This document shows positions 46,061 to 61,241 of a DNA stretch of 64,000 nucleotides, in pieces; position 1 is the first letter of the stretch; each line of letters starts with the position of its first letter. The stretch is from the human T2T-CHM13v2.0 reference genome, Homo sapiens, in NCBI RefSeq assembly GCF_009914755.1, contig NC_060932.1, one strand, 5' to 3'. A program made the position numbers and the translations under genes. The notes beneath the pieces are model-generated. The model searched no databases. It saw only the letters and a list, made by a program, of their open reading frames with translations, and was not told where the DNA came from.

Positions 46061-46585
46061 AACTCTTTGGTGTCCCCTAACCATGAGCAGGAGAGCTCAC
46101 CTCGCCTTCCCGGCACAGCCTTGGACTCAGCGTCCTCCCTCTTCTGTGGTCCTCTCTCCTCTGTGTTCCTCCCTCCTCTGTGTTCCGCAGCATGACTGGA
46201 GCTCTCCGAGAGCGCCTGTCTCTCCAGCAGGTCATCGTCAGCTTCCTGGGGTGTGGTGGGGTGGGATGGGGCGCTTTTCTCATGAGCTACCTATGTGGGT
46301 ACCTCAGCCCCACCCCCAAACCCCAGGAGGGACAGGGCAGCCCCCACCTCCAAACCCGTGTGCATTCGGCCGGCGGGTCCCTCTGGATGTTCCGGCTCTG
46401 TCTTGGAATGGGACGAGGCCTCACTCCCAGGGCCACGGTGTGCAAGTGCGTCTGGAACAGGGCTTGGGAAGAAGCCGCACTGCAGGGCACAATAACCATG
46501 TGTAGTGCTTCCTGGCTGAAATCTGCACTCAACAGGAGGTCGCTCTTAGAGTATTAGGCTGCTGCTTTGATATGAGGCGCGCGCG

Positions 46586-46632
<47 letters not shown>

Positions 46633-47600
46633 ACACAATTTCTAGAAGCAGGCTTGACTGGCATGCATGTGCATAGATGCGGGTGGCCCCTCATCAGGAG
46701 GGATGAGGAGAGGAGCCGTGGGCTCGCGGAAGAGCAGCGAGGGACACTGGCGCACAGAGCAGAGAGGAGCAGTGAGCAGGCGGCACCCCCGGGCAGGGTA
46801 AAAGGGCACGAAGAAAAGCGAAGGTGCGAGGGGAGGACCGACTGGCAGCAAGCGTCCGGGAGGGGCAGGCAAAGGCTCTCCTCGAAGTGCCTTTACGCTT
46901 AGGTAGAATTTCCATGCCTCCCTCGCGCTCCACCCTGCTGCGTGAACATTTTCCTGGCCTGCTAAGGAGGGAAAGCAGCTTTAAAAGGCATTAACTGTAA
47001 CCCTCACACATGGGCATTAACATGTAGCCGGTGACACACTTCACTGAGAAGGATGCAGGGGGCCCCGGGCGTGGCGTCTGCAGGCTTTTGAGGGGACGTC
47101 CTTGGACAGAGCTAACACTTTGTCTCTGGAGCAAAGTGGGATGGGATCCGGGGCTCTAGGCTGTGTGATTCTCGCAGGGGGAATGGGAAGCTGCTCTGCG
47201 GCCCCCTCGAGCATGCTGACCCTGGAACTGGCTCTGCTGAAGTGTGCTGTGCGCTGAACGCTGCACAGGCTGCACACACGGCCTCCAGCCCTGACTCGAG
47301 GGCTCGCTGTACTTTCTTTTCAGAGCCAAGAATGTGACACATAAAATGAAACAGTTTTTAAAATAGGCATTTAAAAACCTTATATGCTTTGTACCTGGTT
47401 CCACAGTCAAAGGTGGCTATGCCATTTTGGTTTTAACCCGGGTCTGGCCAAGCCTGGGATTTGAGGGTTACAGCGGTCAACCCCATCTAATGCAATCCTG
47501 AGACGATGGCAAAGTTAGGCCAGAGCGCTCTCAGTTCGTTCAAGGAGAGCAGTGCTCAAATAAGAGGCACACAGCCGTCGGTTAACTGGTGGGATTATCC
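46050..47600. promoter_or_regulatory. CpG-rich region; candidate promoter/enhancer
   Basis: High CpG density (about 20 CpGs in 46570-46960 by eye), GC-rich, non-repeat. Confidence 0.5.
46577..46637. repeat. (GC)5-T-(CA)n alternating purine-pyrimidine tract
   Basis: gcgcgcgcgc t cacaca...cataca...; seen directly. Confidence 0.95.
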
Positions 47601-48634
47601 CCAAGGAAAGAAGGTTTTCTGGAGAGGAATTGGGGTGTAGAGAGCAAAGGTAGTGGTCTCAGATCTTCTTCTAACTTGCTCCATGGCTTTGGTTGTTCCT
47701 GGAAGTTTTCTGGGCCTCTATTTCCTCCTTTGCAAGCGTGAGTGAGTCAGACGACAGGCACCATCAGATGCGTGCTGTACTGGAAGGGTGGCTTGCAGGT
47801 GAGTAACACGGGAAGTTACTTGTGTTTGTGTGTGCAGGCACAAAAACAATCAGTATTTGGAGAGGTGTCCTCACGGCCTCAGGAAGGCCCCCACCCGTTG
47901 TGTGTGGGATTCACACAGCCAGAATCCGCTCCTGGTTGAGAAAAGCCCGTGCTTTGAATGAGTTTGTTTACCAGGCAAGAAGGACAGCCTTCTTTCCTGC
48001 AGCTGTTGGCTTGGCCAATTATCTCTCATGAAATGAAAAAGTATTATGTTGATTTCTGCAGAAATGACCTTCCTCTACTTCCTGTCCTCCCCATATGGCC
48101 CGTTACTATTTTTCTTTTTAAAGGTATGAACAATTAAGCCCAGAATTACTGAAACTTTTATCACCTTTGTTCTTTGGAACTGTTAGAAATTCTGTTGAAA
48201 GATTATAATTCTATCCTAGTTCTTAAAAAATGCTTTATTGGCATAATATATAAGGAAATTGCTTATCTTTTTTCTACTCTTTTTTCCACGATATTTTCTC
48301 TTAGATGTAAATGATTAATTTAAAAGCCACTGAGTTTTATGTATTCTCCAAAGTGTAATGGAGAGTGACTTTTCCCTAGTCCTTTGCGTATAGGAGTTAT
48401 CATGAAACCTCCGACATTATCTTGTCATCAAACAAGAAATGAGCAATAGTATTCAAGCCACTGTAGGTTCAAAAATTTAGAAAATTTGGATTCAAAGTGG
48501 AGAAAGGGTGTTTATTTACAGAATAGTTACTTCCTGCAGAGGGTTCTCCATGCTGATGGTTTTATACTGAGCGCAAAATGGCATGGAATATGGTATTTAC
48601 TTTAGGCAGACATGCAAAAAAGGTAAGAGAGGCC

Positions 48635-48720
48635 TTGATTCAAATCATTGAGCACTCATTGAGTACCTATTGCTTGCTAGGTGTGTCAGTTTGCTATGGG
48701 GATGCCAAAGGTAAAGTGTC
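48635..48720 (-). mobile_element. L2 3' terminal fragment
   Basis: attca...tcattgagtacctattgcttgctaggtg...ggggatgccaaaggt (reverse L2 end). Confidence 0.5.
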
Positions 48721-51101
48721 CTCTTTTCAGGGATGGTTCACTTCTTCTTTAGGGTATCATACCTCAGATGACAATAACAGAAGACTGTAATCAGACACTG
48801 GAGTGGAAATTCATCCTTGCATTCCATATTTATTGAGCATCTACTTTGTACCAGACTTTAAGCTATCCAAATACAATTCCATATTGTTACATTGTGTGTA
48901 TTTTAATATTCAGGGAGGTTTTGATTAGTTGGAAACTCACAACCTTGGCAAACCTCAGAGTGTTCATTGATATGAAAAACAATAATTGTACGACCTTATC
49001 TATCTCCTTGAAAATATTTAATGGTATCCCCTCCTCTTGCGGTCTCTGTGTGTCTGCAGCCCTGCAACCCAGGCAGCTATGGGGATGCTGGTCCTCACTT
49101 CTCAGCCTGCAATGCACCGTCCGTTCATCTCTTGTATAATAACACTGAGGGGAAGCATGATGGCAAATGGTTGTGAAACAGGGTGAAGTTGAGACTATGC
49201 TGAGAAAGACAGATGTGTGGAGGGAATGGTGGTGACACTGAGAGATGCCATTTCTAGTTAAGTAGCTATTTGATGACAGGGAATAACAGACTGCCCAGCA
49301 GTGGGGTGGAGAGCAGAGAGTAAATATCCACAACCTGGAGAGAGAAGTGCCAAGTATTTGAAGGGTGTGAAAGGGATGCATGTTTACACTGATCACTTAC
49401 GAAGGACACTGTTCACCCCAGTGCACCCAGACACTGTTCCCACAGTACAGCAAGGCTACCAATGAAGCTACAGCCACTCTATCTAATCTAATAGACTCTT
49501 CTTCCAAGCTTCCACAGACCCTCAATGACTCTACACTGTGGGGATGTATCTGTCAGGATATTCTAAACTTTGGTCTAAGAGCAAACCATGTGAAAAGCTG
49601 AATGGCTTAAAACAACAGGGTTTATTTGTTATAAAGAGTGCAGGTCCAGGGTGGATCAACAAGGGGTCTGGTCATCACTTCCCGTGGCAACAGAGGTTCC
49701 TTATTTAGGATATGAGGTGAGCCGTGGGAGAAAGAACTTCCAACTCTGACCTCCAATTTTATGCTGAGATATAAACTGTGGATTGTGGCTTGAACATTAG
49801 TTATCCTAGAAATCATTTGTAAATGAAATGTTCCAACTTGAAAATTATCCTCAACACCACATCGAAGATAGCACAGAGGTAGGTTGATTATTGTCAATTT
49901 CCACTGAATCCTATAGAGTAGGGTGACCTTGTGGGGTGGGGAAAACATTTATTTTGCTAATCTTGAAAATACTTTACATTGGACTATATAATAGATGTGT
50001 ATGTCTGCCTCATATGAATTATTTCAATCTCCCTGTTAACATATTCACTGGGTATTCCATAGATATGTGGCTACTTAGAGACTGTAAACAAACTTGAGCT
50101 TTGTGGGACTCATTATTTCTTCCTTTCTGCAGTTGGACGCATTTTTACAAAAGAAATTTAAGACTACAAGGAACAGGTGATCCCTTCCTAGCAATCCTGA
50201 AATTATGCTGCTCCAGGAAATGTAGAACTCCACTAATTACAGAGGAATTCTGCATTGCGTGTGGTATTTTTCATAGTTTTGGATTTAGAGGGAATTCCTA
50301 ACAATTTGCAAACCTATCGATTAATTGCATACTGCTGTTCAGGAAATAAATCCTTACAGAAACACTGCTCATGGTAGTACTATAGCAGAGACCAAGCATA
50401 ATGCTCATACAGTAAGGTTGTTTTCCTTTAATTTTATTGCTATTAGTCAAGGTGTCCAGCGGTCCAGTTCTCAAATCCTCTCTTGCCTTGGCAGTTCCTT
50501 TGAAAATGTCAGTGGGGAGAAGTTCACCCCTGTGCAAATGATCCAGTCCACCAGGCACTTCCTCCTTGCATTGCACTCTTCAAAGTGATTAACCTTGTAA
50601 GCTACAACATGAAAAAGCCTGAACCCAACCGCCAGGCATGTTTGCAGATCATGGCACCAGTCCTAATATATGCTTTTAAATAATGCCCTGCCACAGGGCT
50701 CTCAGAATGGAATGGAGCCAAATAATTCTTAATTCGTATAATTTAAACACAGCAGCATGAATGACTAACCACAAAGGGGGAGGGAGAAAGACAGCAGAAG
50801 TATTAAGAAAATAATCCAAGCTGAGTTAGAAAATCAAATGAGATTCCACTTCTTGTGTGATTGAAATTATCGTCTTTGAGAGGCTGAGTCTCTCGATACC
50901 TCTGTTTAATGAAGATTTGGAGGGCTCTGGGGCCACATGGACAGACAAGGCTCCTTAGAGCTCAGGGAGGAATGCACCTAAAATACACTTAGTGGAGAAC
51001 AACTGAGCTAGAGGCATAGGAGGGCTAGAAATCCCTAGACATCCCTCCTCCATTGGCTGCCATCTCCCTCAGTGCCCCCCAATGTCATACTAGTCTCTGA
51101 A

Positions 51102-51102
<1 letters not shown>

Positions 51103-51141
<39 letters not shown>
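51103..51141. repeat. (AAC)13 trinucleotide microsatellite
   Basis: Seen directly; it produces the spurious poly-Cys ORF 51035-51277. Confidence 0.95.
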
Positions 51142-51142
<1 letters not shown>

Positions 51143-51718
51143 GCAAACCCACTCAAATCTGCCCATATCTATCCCTTGAATAAAATTCCCCTGTGGTCCC
51201 TCAAGCTCTCCAGCATAACAAATGCTAGGCACAAGATCCGGCCTGCCTGTCTTCTCCATTGCTTCTCCCAGCAGCATCCATGCAGAGCTGGGAGAAGACA
51301 GCCCTCCTGGACTGTGTCCCGCTGCTCCTTTGCCCCAACACCTCGGTCACTTTCCTCTGTCACTGTCAGACTCAACTCAACACTCATCCTCTTAACTCAT
51401 CCTCAGCAGTGGCTCCTCTGCAGATCTCCTGCTTCTTCTTCAGGCAAGGCTAAGACTTTCCCCTACTGAGTTCCCCAAAGGACTTGCATGTGCCACCCTG
51501 CTAGCCACTATGATGGTGTCATGGTGTCATCACACTGGCCAGAGCCTTTTCCCACCAAGCCAAAGTGGACAGCAACTCTGCTTATCAGCAGAGCACTTAA
51601 ACGCTGAAGAAAGGGCACATACTTGTCATCCTTACATATTGCCATTACTGGCTACTCTAAACCAGATTGCATAGTTCTTTAAACTTCAAACCTGTGACCC
51701 TAAGGATTATCTACCTAA

Positions 51719-52017
<299 letters not shown>

Positions 52018-52794
52018 TATCTACCTAAATACTTTCAACATTAGTTTTTTCATATGGTAAAAGTGAAATGGGCATCACCAAATAAGACTGCACATGTGGA
52101 CGTTCTTTGAAAATCTTAAACTTGGTAAATATTCTTGTTCTTAACCTTTTAAGTCAAAAGTCCAACATGGAGTAGACACATCCTTTGAGAGGTGAGTGGA
52201 TGGACACCAGAGCCCCTGGCACTGGAGCTGCACCTCAGGGGCATGCCCGTGTCTGCCGGCTTGTGGAGCTGCTGCATAAGGAAGTCCCCCTAAAGGTTTA
52301 GCTGTTTGTGCTCAAAGCTGCACCCTTCTTGCCTTTACAGCTGGAGAGGGGGGAAGAGGAAAACACAACTAATGCAATAAATACTAACATTCTCCCTATG
52401 ATTCCTTCATAATGTCTTTCCTTGATGAAAAAGAAATACTCCATTTCCATTTATTGCTGTTATCCCATCTTCCTGGGTAAGATGGGTGCTCCCATCCCTC
52501 GCGCAGCTGAAGTTCAGCGTGCTTCTGTCGTTTCTGTCAGCGGCGTCTCTTTGATGGGGCCTTCCTCTGGCTCTCCGCGTTTGTGAGGTCCCATGTTCAG
52601 GCCCGCATGAAACCTCTGAGAGAGACAGCCTTTCCACTTTCCACCTTTCTGTAGCGGATATGGCGGGTTGGTGTTAATGGACAGATCTGAATGGAGCCCT
52701 TCCATTTCCTTCTATCACTGATCTTGTCCTCCACACTGACAGACTCCATGGCCAGACATGCAGATGGTGGCAGATTTTTAAAGGCTGCTCAGTG

Positions 52795-52905
52795 TGGAGA
52801 CACCAGAACATGACTCTGTGGGGAAAAGGACCATGTCTGTTTTCTCTCTATTTATATTTCCAGTGTCTGCTGAATAAACTATCAATAAATATTTACTAAA
52901 ATGAA
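52795..52905 (+). mobile_element. L2 3' terminal fragment
   Basis: ggaccatgtctgttttct...tatatttccagtgtct...tcaataaatatttactaaaatgaa. Confidence 0.6.
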
Positions 52906-53293
52906 AGGAATCTTTGTAAAAACATAGCTTTTAAACAGAAGTTGTTTTAGGAGGCTACCCGGACCACCTGCCTCTGGGATTGCACACTGGATGTGGAGTC
53001 AGCTCTTGCCTGTGCAGTGCTCTTATATCAGCCCAAACATTTCGAGAGTGGCGTTAAAATGGAATCAGTGATTCAGTGATCATTAGGTGTTTCAGCATAT
53101 CTAAACATCTGTTCCTTTTTACCTATTAAAGGAAGAGTGAAGACCAGCTTTAAGACATGTTTTGTCCTAGAAGAATAGAATGGCCTCAATGGAGATGTGA
53201 GACTCTGAGTGCAGCTGAAATTGGCAGGGGCAGGGGCAGGGGCCAGAGTATTCAGTTAGAGTTATCATTAAACATCTGCCATCATTAAACAAA

Positions 53294-53755
53294 TGCTTTT
53301 AAACTGTGTCCTTTAGAAATGTGTATGTGAAGTCCTAACCCTGAGTACTTCACTACCTCAGAACGTGAGTGTATTTGGAAATAGGGTCATTGCAAAGGTA
53401 ATTAGTTAAGAAGAGTTCCTGCTGCAGTAGGTGGTCACCAATCCAGTATGACAGGAGTCCTTATAAAAGGGTGGATTTGGACATGGACGTGCACGCAGGA
53501 AGAAGCCCGTTGAGAATGGAGGCAGGGGTCGGGGTGATGCTTCTGCAGGACAAGGAACACTGTGATACCAGCAAACCACCAGAATACAGGGGAGAGGCAT
53601 GGAGCAGCTTCTCCTTCAGAACTGTTAGGAGGAACCAGTCCTGGATGCATCTTGATCTCAGGCTTCTAGCCACAAAACTATGAGACACTCATCCCTGTCA
53701 CTTCAGCTGCCCAGGTTGAGGTACACTGTTATGGCAGCCCTGGAGAGCTCATACA
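53294..53755 (+). mobile_element. MaLR solo LTR (MLT1B/C-like)
   Basis: gaagtcctaacc...tatttggaaatagggtcattgca...aatccagtatgac..gtccttataaaag...ccagcaaaccaccagaa...ttatggcagccctgg..ctcataca; TG...CA ends. Confidence 0.85.
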
Positions 53756-53779
53756 GCATCCCAGTGAAGACAGTAAGCA

Positions 53780-54110
53780 GTGTCAGGATCTGGAATTTGG
53801 GAGAGAGAGCTGGACTGGGAGGAAATGGGATTTGCTGCTATATAGGCAGCAGTGAAAGGCCTGAGATCAGATGAGATCACAAGGGAGAGTACCCCTGGGA
53901 GCAAAGCATGAGTCCTCAGTGCTGCAGTGTTTATTGGGAAGATGAGCAGTACCCTGCAAAGGAGGAGCCAATGAGGCAGCAGGGAAGCCAGGGTGATGCT
54001 GTCACCTGCAGGATGAGAGGTCTGGCTTGTCTTCTGCTAGTTGACCTCGAAAGCTAGGGCAATGACTGGTACACAGTAGGCCTTCATGAAATAGTTGCCA
54101 AATTAGAAAA
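53780..54110. mobile_element. L2 fragments
   Basis: gatgagatcacaagggagagt...gcaaaggaggagccaatgaggcag (reverse L2) and ctggtacacagtaggcc (L2 end). Confidence 0.5.
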
Positions 54111-54364
54111 TGACTATGTTATCCTGTGACCTATGCTGTTGGATGGTAATTATTTTGTTATTTTGTTGGTAGTAGTAGTTTTGTTTATAAAATAGCAGCA
54201 TATTTTTTAAAAGTATTCATTTTTAAAAGCAGGTTTCAGGATTTATAACAAGATAATTAACTATTCACAGATTCCTGAAAACCAATGTATTTAAAAGCAC
54301 TTCTTTGTTGAATAAGCATGTGTTCACATTTGGAAATTCAAACAGTAGAAATTGTTGTAGTGAA

Positions 54365-56080
<1,716 letters not shown>

Positions 56081-57689
56081 TAGAATGGGTAGTTTCATAG
56101 AAACATAATAATTTTATACAAATGCATATTGCAAACATTTTCTGTGGATTAGTTTTACTCTTGGAGAAGCAATTGTGACCTTAGATTTTAGAATGTTCAG
56201 TAGTTTCCTCAATACAAATATGAAATTTATTCTCTGTGCTTACCATGATTTCACATGTGTTTCTGTGTGTAAGGATAACATGTATATTATGAAGTGTTTC
56301 TATATTCATTCTTCATGTGGAAATATCTGTGATGTGGATGAAACTTATATCCAGTGTATCAGCAGAGATGAGTATCACCTTATCAAATGTTACCTAAAAT
56401 ATATAGGGTTCATCTTTCACAAAAAAAAACCCCATTAAATCAATGAATAAAAATCAAATTTTGGGGAAAAAGTGTTTATATATCCCATGGCTTACTGAAT
56501 TTCCCATGATCATCTCAAAATAGTACATGTTTATAAATAAAAGGTTTACAATCACAGGACAATGGGGATAACACACACATACATGCAATCTAAAATATTG
56601 TTTTCATGGTAACAAGTCCTGCCTCAGAGATTTTGATCATGGATAATAAAATACAGGTCTGTGATCCAAACGCACCATACCTGTGTAGTCCCCATGGGCA
56701 AAGCATACTAAGTTTCTTCTAATTAGCCTCACAGAAAATTTGGTGTTGTTTCGTTCATTTGAATGTGGCATTGTCATGCGTCATTAGAAAACTCAGGCTA
56801 ATTCAGCACGCTACTTCCTTTCTACTTCCTACTGCTGAAAAACAGTTGCACTTTATATTAAAAACATCAGCAAGATATTTATGTACAAACTAATAAGTGA
56901 GAATCAAAGTGTTTCCATAAAGCAGTGAGAGAAAGGGAGATAGCTGGGCTTTTATTTTAACATTATCAACACTTAGCTATAGATAAGTGACCCAACCAAG
57001 GTGGCCTTCATTTCAATCTGTAAACTATGGCGGGACAAGAAGGATAGACATGCTGTCCACCCTGTTGGTGGGACAGGTAGGGTGGAGTCGGGCAAGGTCA
57101 AAGGAGAGAAGAGTTACCTGGGAGGTTTGTCAAAAACAAAGCTCCCATGACAGAAATTCACATTAGCGAGTACATGGAAATTGGTAGGGCCTAAATGCTT
57201 GCCTCAGGGACTTGAGTAAACATTTGATCTGAATGTGGAAAAAAAAAATTCACTTGTCATGGATTGTGCTGTTTATAATAAAAAGAAACTAAGAGAATTT
57301 CAAGAGCTCATTCAAGTCAAAAGCTAAGGCCTGTGTGCCTGGCATCAAGTGTATTATTCACAGGGTGAGAGTTCTAATCTCTTTCCAGATTCAGTTTTAT
57401 TGCATGATCTGATGGAGAAAGTAATTAAGATTGGCAATATCTTTCAAACATATGCCCTTAGTCAATGACTTGGGAGAAGGTGAAACAGAGGGAATGAAGA
57501 TTGTAATATTTAAATGCATCAAAAAACTAGGTATAGGAGATTTATTGATGGGTTTTAATAATATGCTTCCTCTCATCAACGAAACTACCATTCATTAATC
57601 CATCACAAGCTCATTGATGCAATGAGAAATCTAAACTTGACATTGAAGAGAGAAGAAAATCATTTTTTTAAAAAGAAAGTACAGTTATT

Positions 57690-57930
57690 ATGCTTTATAT
57701 TAACAGTTATTAATATGTTGTTGAAAATCTTAACTTCTATGTCTATGGGAGAGATTGGTCTGTAAATTTCCCTTGTAGTAACATGTTTGTCGAATTTTGG
57801 CATGAAATATATGCTGCTTTCAGAAAATAAACCAGTTGCTATTCTCTTTATTTCTATTCTTTGGAACATTTGTGCAAAAATTGATGTTATTTTTCCCTTA
57901 AATGTTTGGAAGGCATTCCCGGTGAGCCAA
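57690..57930 (-). mobile_element. Old L1 ORF2 fragment
   Basis: FQRIEIKRIATGLFSESSIYFMPKFDKHVTTREIYRPISPIDIEVKIFNNIL aligns to ORF2p [52 protein letters not shown]. Confidence 0.8.
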
Positions 57931-57964
57931 GTGGTCAGACAGCCTCAGCACCAGCGTGGGGGGT

Positions 57965-58110
57965 TGCTTAACTTGTGTGAACTTCTGCTTCTCTATCTGT
58001 AAGTGAATTTCACATCTATCCGTCTCATCTTTTCAACTGATTGTGGAGATAATAAGGTCCTCTTGCTTTACCTGACATGTATAAGCATGCAAAGTGCCCT
58101 ATAAATATAC
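57965..58110 (+). mobile_element. MIR SINE
   Basis: gttgcttaacttgtgtgaacttctgcttctctatctgtaa...gattgtggagat...atgcaaagtgcc. Confidence 0.5.
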
Positions 58111-58589
58111 CATACACATCTTTATACTCCCTAATGCTGTTTTACGTAAGAAAGCAAGTTAGTGGGGAGGAGTAAACAGTCATGGCCAGGAAGCGAAATC
58201 CAGATGTAAGGACATAAGTGTATCTCCTGAAGGAGATCAACAGGAATCCTAAAAGAGATCCTTGCACCATCAAGTGAATAGGGTGCACAAACAGCCTCCC
58301 ATACCTGAGATATGGACCAGCTTCCCCGCAGCATCCTGCATCCCTCAGGAAACAGCTGCGGCATAGAAGACAGCGTCTGAGATAGAACACTGTCAGTTCA
58401 AATGTGGGGATGTTTGGGAGAGTACTTTGATCAAGATTAACTTATTTATTTTTTTCAACAGGAGACTTTTAAGTTACAAAAATGAAGTAGTGGGTAAAAA
58501 AGAGATTGACAGCCAACTACAAATTGCTTTCTATCTGTGAAAGAAAAAAATCATACAAAATTTTTATTCATGAGGGAACCTCAAATAAC

Positions 58590-59023
58590 CAATGCCTTGA
58601 TCTCAGCAGGTCCGAGTCTTCCCAGGGCCTGGAGCAGAGGCTGCGGATACCCTATCCATCTCCTCTCAGCCTAGCCCTGCTCAGTGGGGAGAGCTGGCAG
58701 CTGCCTGCACTTGGTCGGGGTGGCCTGAAGGGCAGTTACACCCGAGAGGACCCTCAACAAGGGGAAAAAGGGGGTCTGTGGATACTCACTCAGCTTCCTT
58801 GCCTCTCAAAGGGATGGGTCCACATTGCCTTCTTCAGGGTCTGTGGTGAGTCAACCCCAGTGGCCCGCTGTGGCCTGTTAATTTGGTCTTTTATTAACTT
58901 TCTCTCCTCTCCTGTCTCGATTCCCCACTCCCTCAGTGTTTCTGGAGATCACATTCCAAGTAAACTACAGGAACTTAAATCCTTGTCTTAAGGTCTGCTT
59001 CTGGGGGACCCCAAACTAAGTCA
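58590..59023 (+). mobile_element. ERVL solo LTR (LTR16-like)
   Basis: 3' end 'cacattccaagtaaactac...aaatccttgtcttaaggtctgcttctgggggaccccaaactaagtca' matches recalled LTR16; contains an AP-1 motif TGAGTCA near 58847. Confidence 0.75.
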
Positions 59024-60832
59024 GTGCCAACTGCCAGCTGCCAGCAGGGAAGTGTCATCTTCCATACCAGGGACAAGGGAGAGCTCTGTTGTAACTTGCT
59101 TGCCCAGTATTTCATATTTTATCTCTGCTCCATGGCAACTTAAAAAGTTGATTGATTTGGGTGGAGCATGAGTACTCTGTTAAAAGATGTTTGGGTTGAA
59201 TTTAGATTTAATTTTAGTTTGAGTGCTCCATTTTTAAACAAAATGGCAGCTGAAAATTTTCCAAATGGATTGTTTTTGATAATTTGTAAACTGTATTTCA
59301 CAAATGCAGCTTGCAAGGGAATATGCTACATAGCCAGAAGTCTCTGGTTGTCTTTAATAAGATCTATAGCTTACTAAGCTACAATATAATATAGGATTAA
59401 TGAAATCAAAGCCCCCACAAGTTTCCATGCAAATAGCTATCATTTTCACCCACTGGCTGGGGTTCAATCTGAGAGTGAGTGTTTCAGAAAGCACATGCTG
59501 GGGCGAAGAGTGTGAAGGGAGAATGTCGGAACCTTCCTTCCTTCATTCAGTTACTCATGGCATGGCTTATGGACACCAAGTGTGTTAAAGGCATTGCCTT
59601 CTCTAGGATTGCAGGAAGAGGTTGTGTGAGATAATTCTGAGCACTCAGCTGGCTTATGTTTTGTTTTGTTTGTCTTGTTTTCTGATCCACTGGTACATCA
59701 AATGGGAGGACCAATAACCCTGTAATTAGTCTCTGCACCAGAGGAAAAAAAGGCAGGACTGCAGAGCTCCTGAGTGAGCTCATCAGGGAGTGAACCTCTG
59801 ATGTGAGGATAGTCGCTCCCTGTGAGGTGGGGGGATTCCTCTTCCTTCCAGAAATTCCCCTACTCTGTGGGTCTGGGGAGGGGTGGGTGTGCTGAGGGCC
59901 ATGGTAGAGAAACCTTCCTGTGTGTGAGGGATGTGATCTGAAGTCCAGGCTCTCCCAACACCTGGCTGAATACATGGGAGTCCTCTGTGCAAGGGTGTTT
60001 CCATGGCAGTCACGCCTGGAGAGCTTTTCCTTGCTGTGCTGGTTGCTGGAAGTTGCAGCGCTCAGTGTCTGCTCCATCTCTGACAAAAATACAGACCCCA
60101 TGGCACCAGCTTTTTGGGCTCATTCAACTCATTCTTCCTACTTTTCTTTTTATCCTTTCACTTTTTTCTCCATTATTTAGTTTTCTACATGTTATATAAT
60201 TTTCTGTGCCAACTTTGTATGTAGCCATTTAGATATATAATAGAATTAGTAGATTCTGATAATATATGGGTCACTTTTAAGTTCCATAAAATCTAGCATA
60301 CTAGCAAATGGCTTTAAATTATAGCACAGTGACTTAAGTTAGACATTGAGGATTTACTGGCTATCAAGATTGTTAAATAGCTCACCACAGAGTGTTGTGA
60401 GGTCTTTCTCTGGATATGTTCATGGTCACCATTCCTCTGAAGCAGCTGTGTTGGAGTCCTGTTTGGAGAGAGAGGGATAGGTTTCATTTTCTTCCAGAAG
60501 AAGGAATTAGAAATCCCAATCACTGAGTTTCTTTCCTATGTGACTGAAAGGATGTGCAGCTACCAGCCTTCTGCCCAATTCTTGCAGACATGTTATCCCA
60601 AAGAAGCAAACTCCTCGGCTTAACTTAAGGCTACATTGTGGAAACAGTATATGCTTATTCAGATAATAAAAGGAGGCCCAGTCCCTCTTAGCCAAGTGGC
60701 ATAGAGCTTACATTGGATGTGAGGACACTCCCCACAGCTGCTCTGCAGGTCCCTGCACTGTCCTTGTCCTTGCCCCACATCTGACCAGTCAAGGAGGAAG
60801 GGGTTGCATCCCAGCTGAAACCAGTGCCACCA

Positions 60833-61200
60833 TGCATTAGTCAGGATGGGCTGTGATCTGCTACAGTAACCAATTCCCAGCGCAAATCTCCATGCTGGGA
60901 ACCAGCAGTCTTTCTCAGGCATGAAATATGCCTTTGCAGTTCAGCAAGGCTCTGCTTATTTTTGTTGCATAGAAACTAGGTTGAGGGAGCTGTCACCTTC
61001 TTGACAGTTGCCAGCTGTGGGTCAGAGGGAGAGAGAACTCTGCAAAGTCTTGTGTTACCAAGTACCATTTGTTAGCAGTTCTACTCATCATCTGTAGGAT
61101 AGAGCAATTGTATGAATTTATCCACCAAACAGAGGGTCAGAAGTACAATCTTACAAGGGGAGGAACTAAAATTAAGTAATGACAGTAATAATTATTACTG
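60833..61200 (-). mobile_element. MaLR LTR (MLT1K-like)
   Basis: tgcattagtcaggatgggctgtgatctgctacagtaacc...cagagggagagagaactc...agaagtacaatc. Confidence 0.6.
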
Positions 61201-61202
61201 CA

Positions 61203-61241
61203 TCTCTCTCTCTCTCTTTTTCTGTCTCTCTCTCTCTCTCT
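61203..61241. repeat. Interrupted (TC)n repeat
   Basis: Seen directly. Confidence 0.85.

Noticed and set aside
51035-51277. Poly-cysteine ORF
   Set aside because: It is the translation of the (AAC)n microsatellite.
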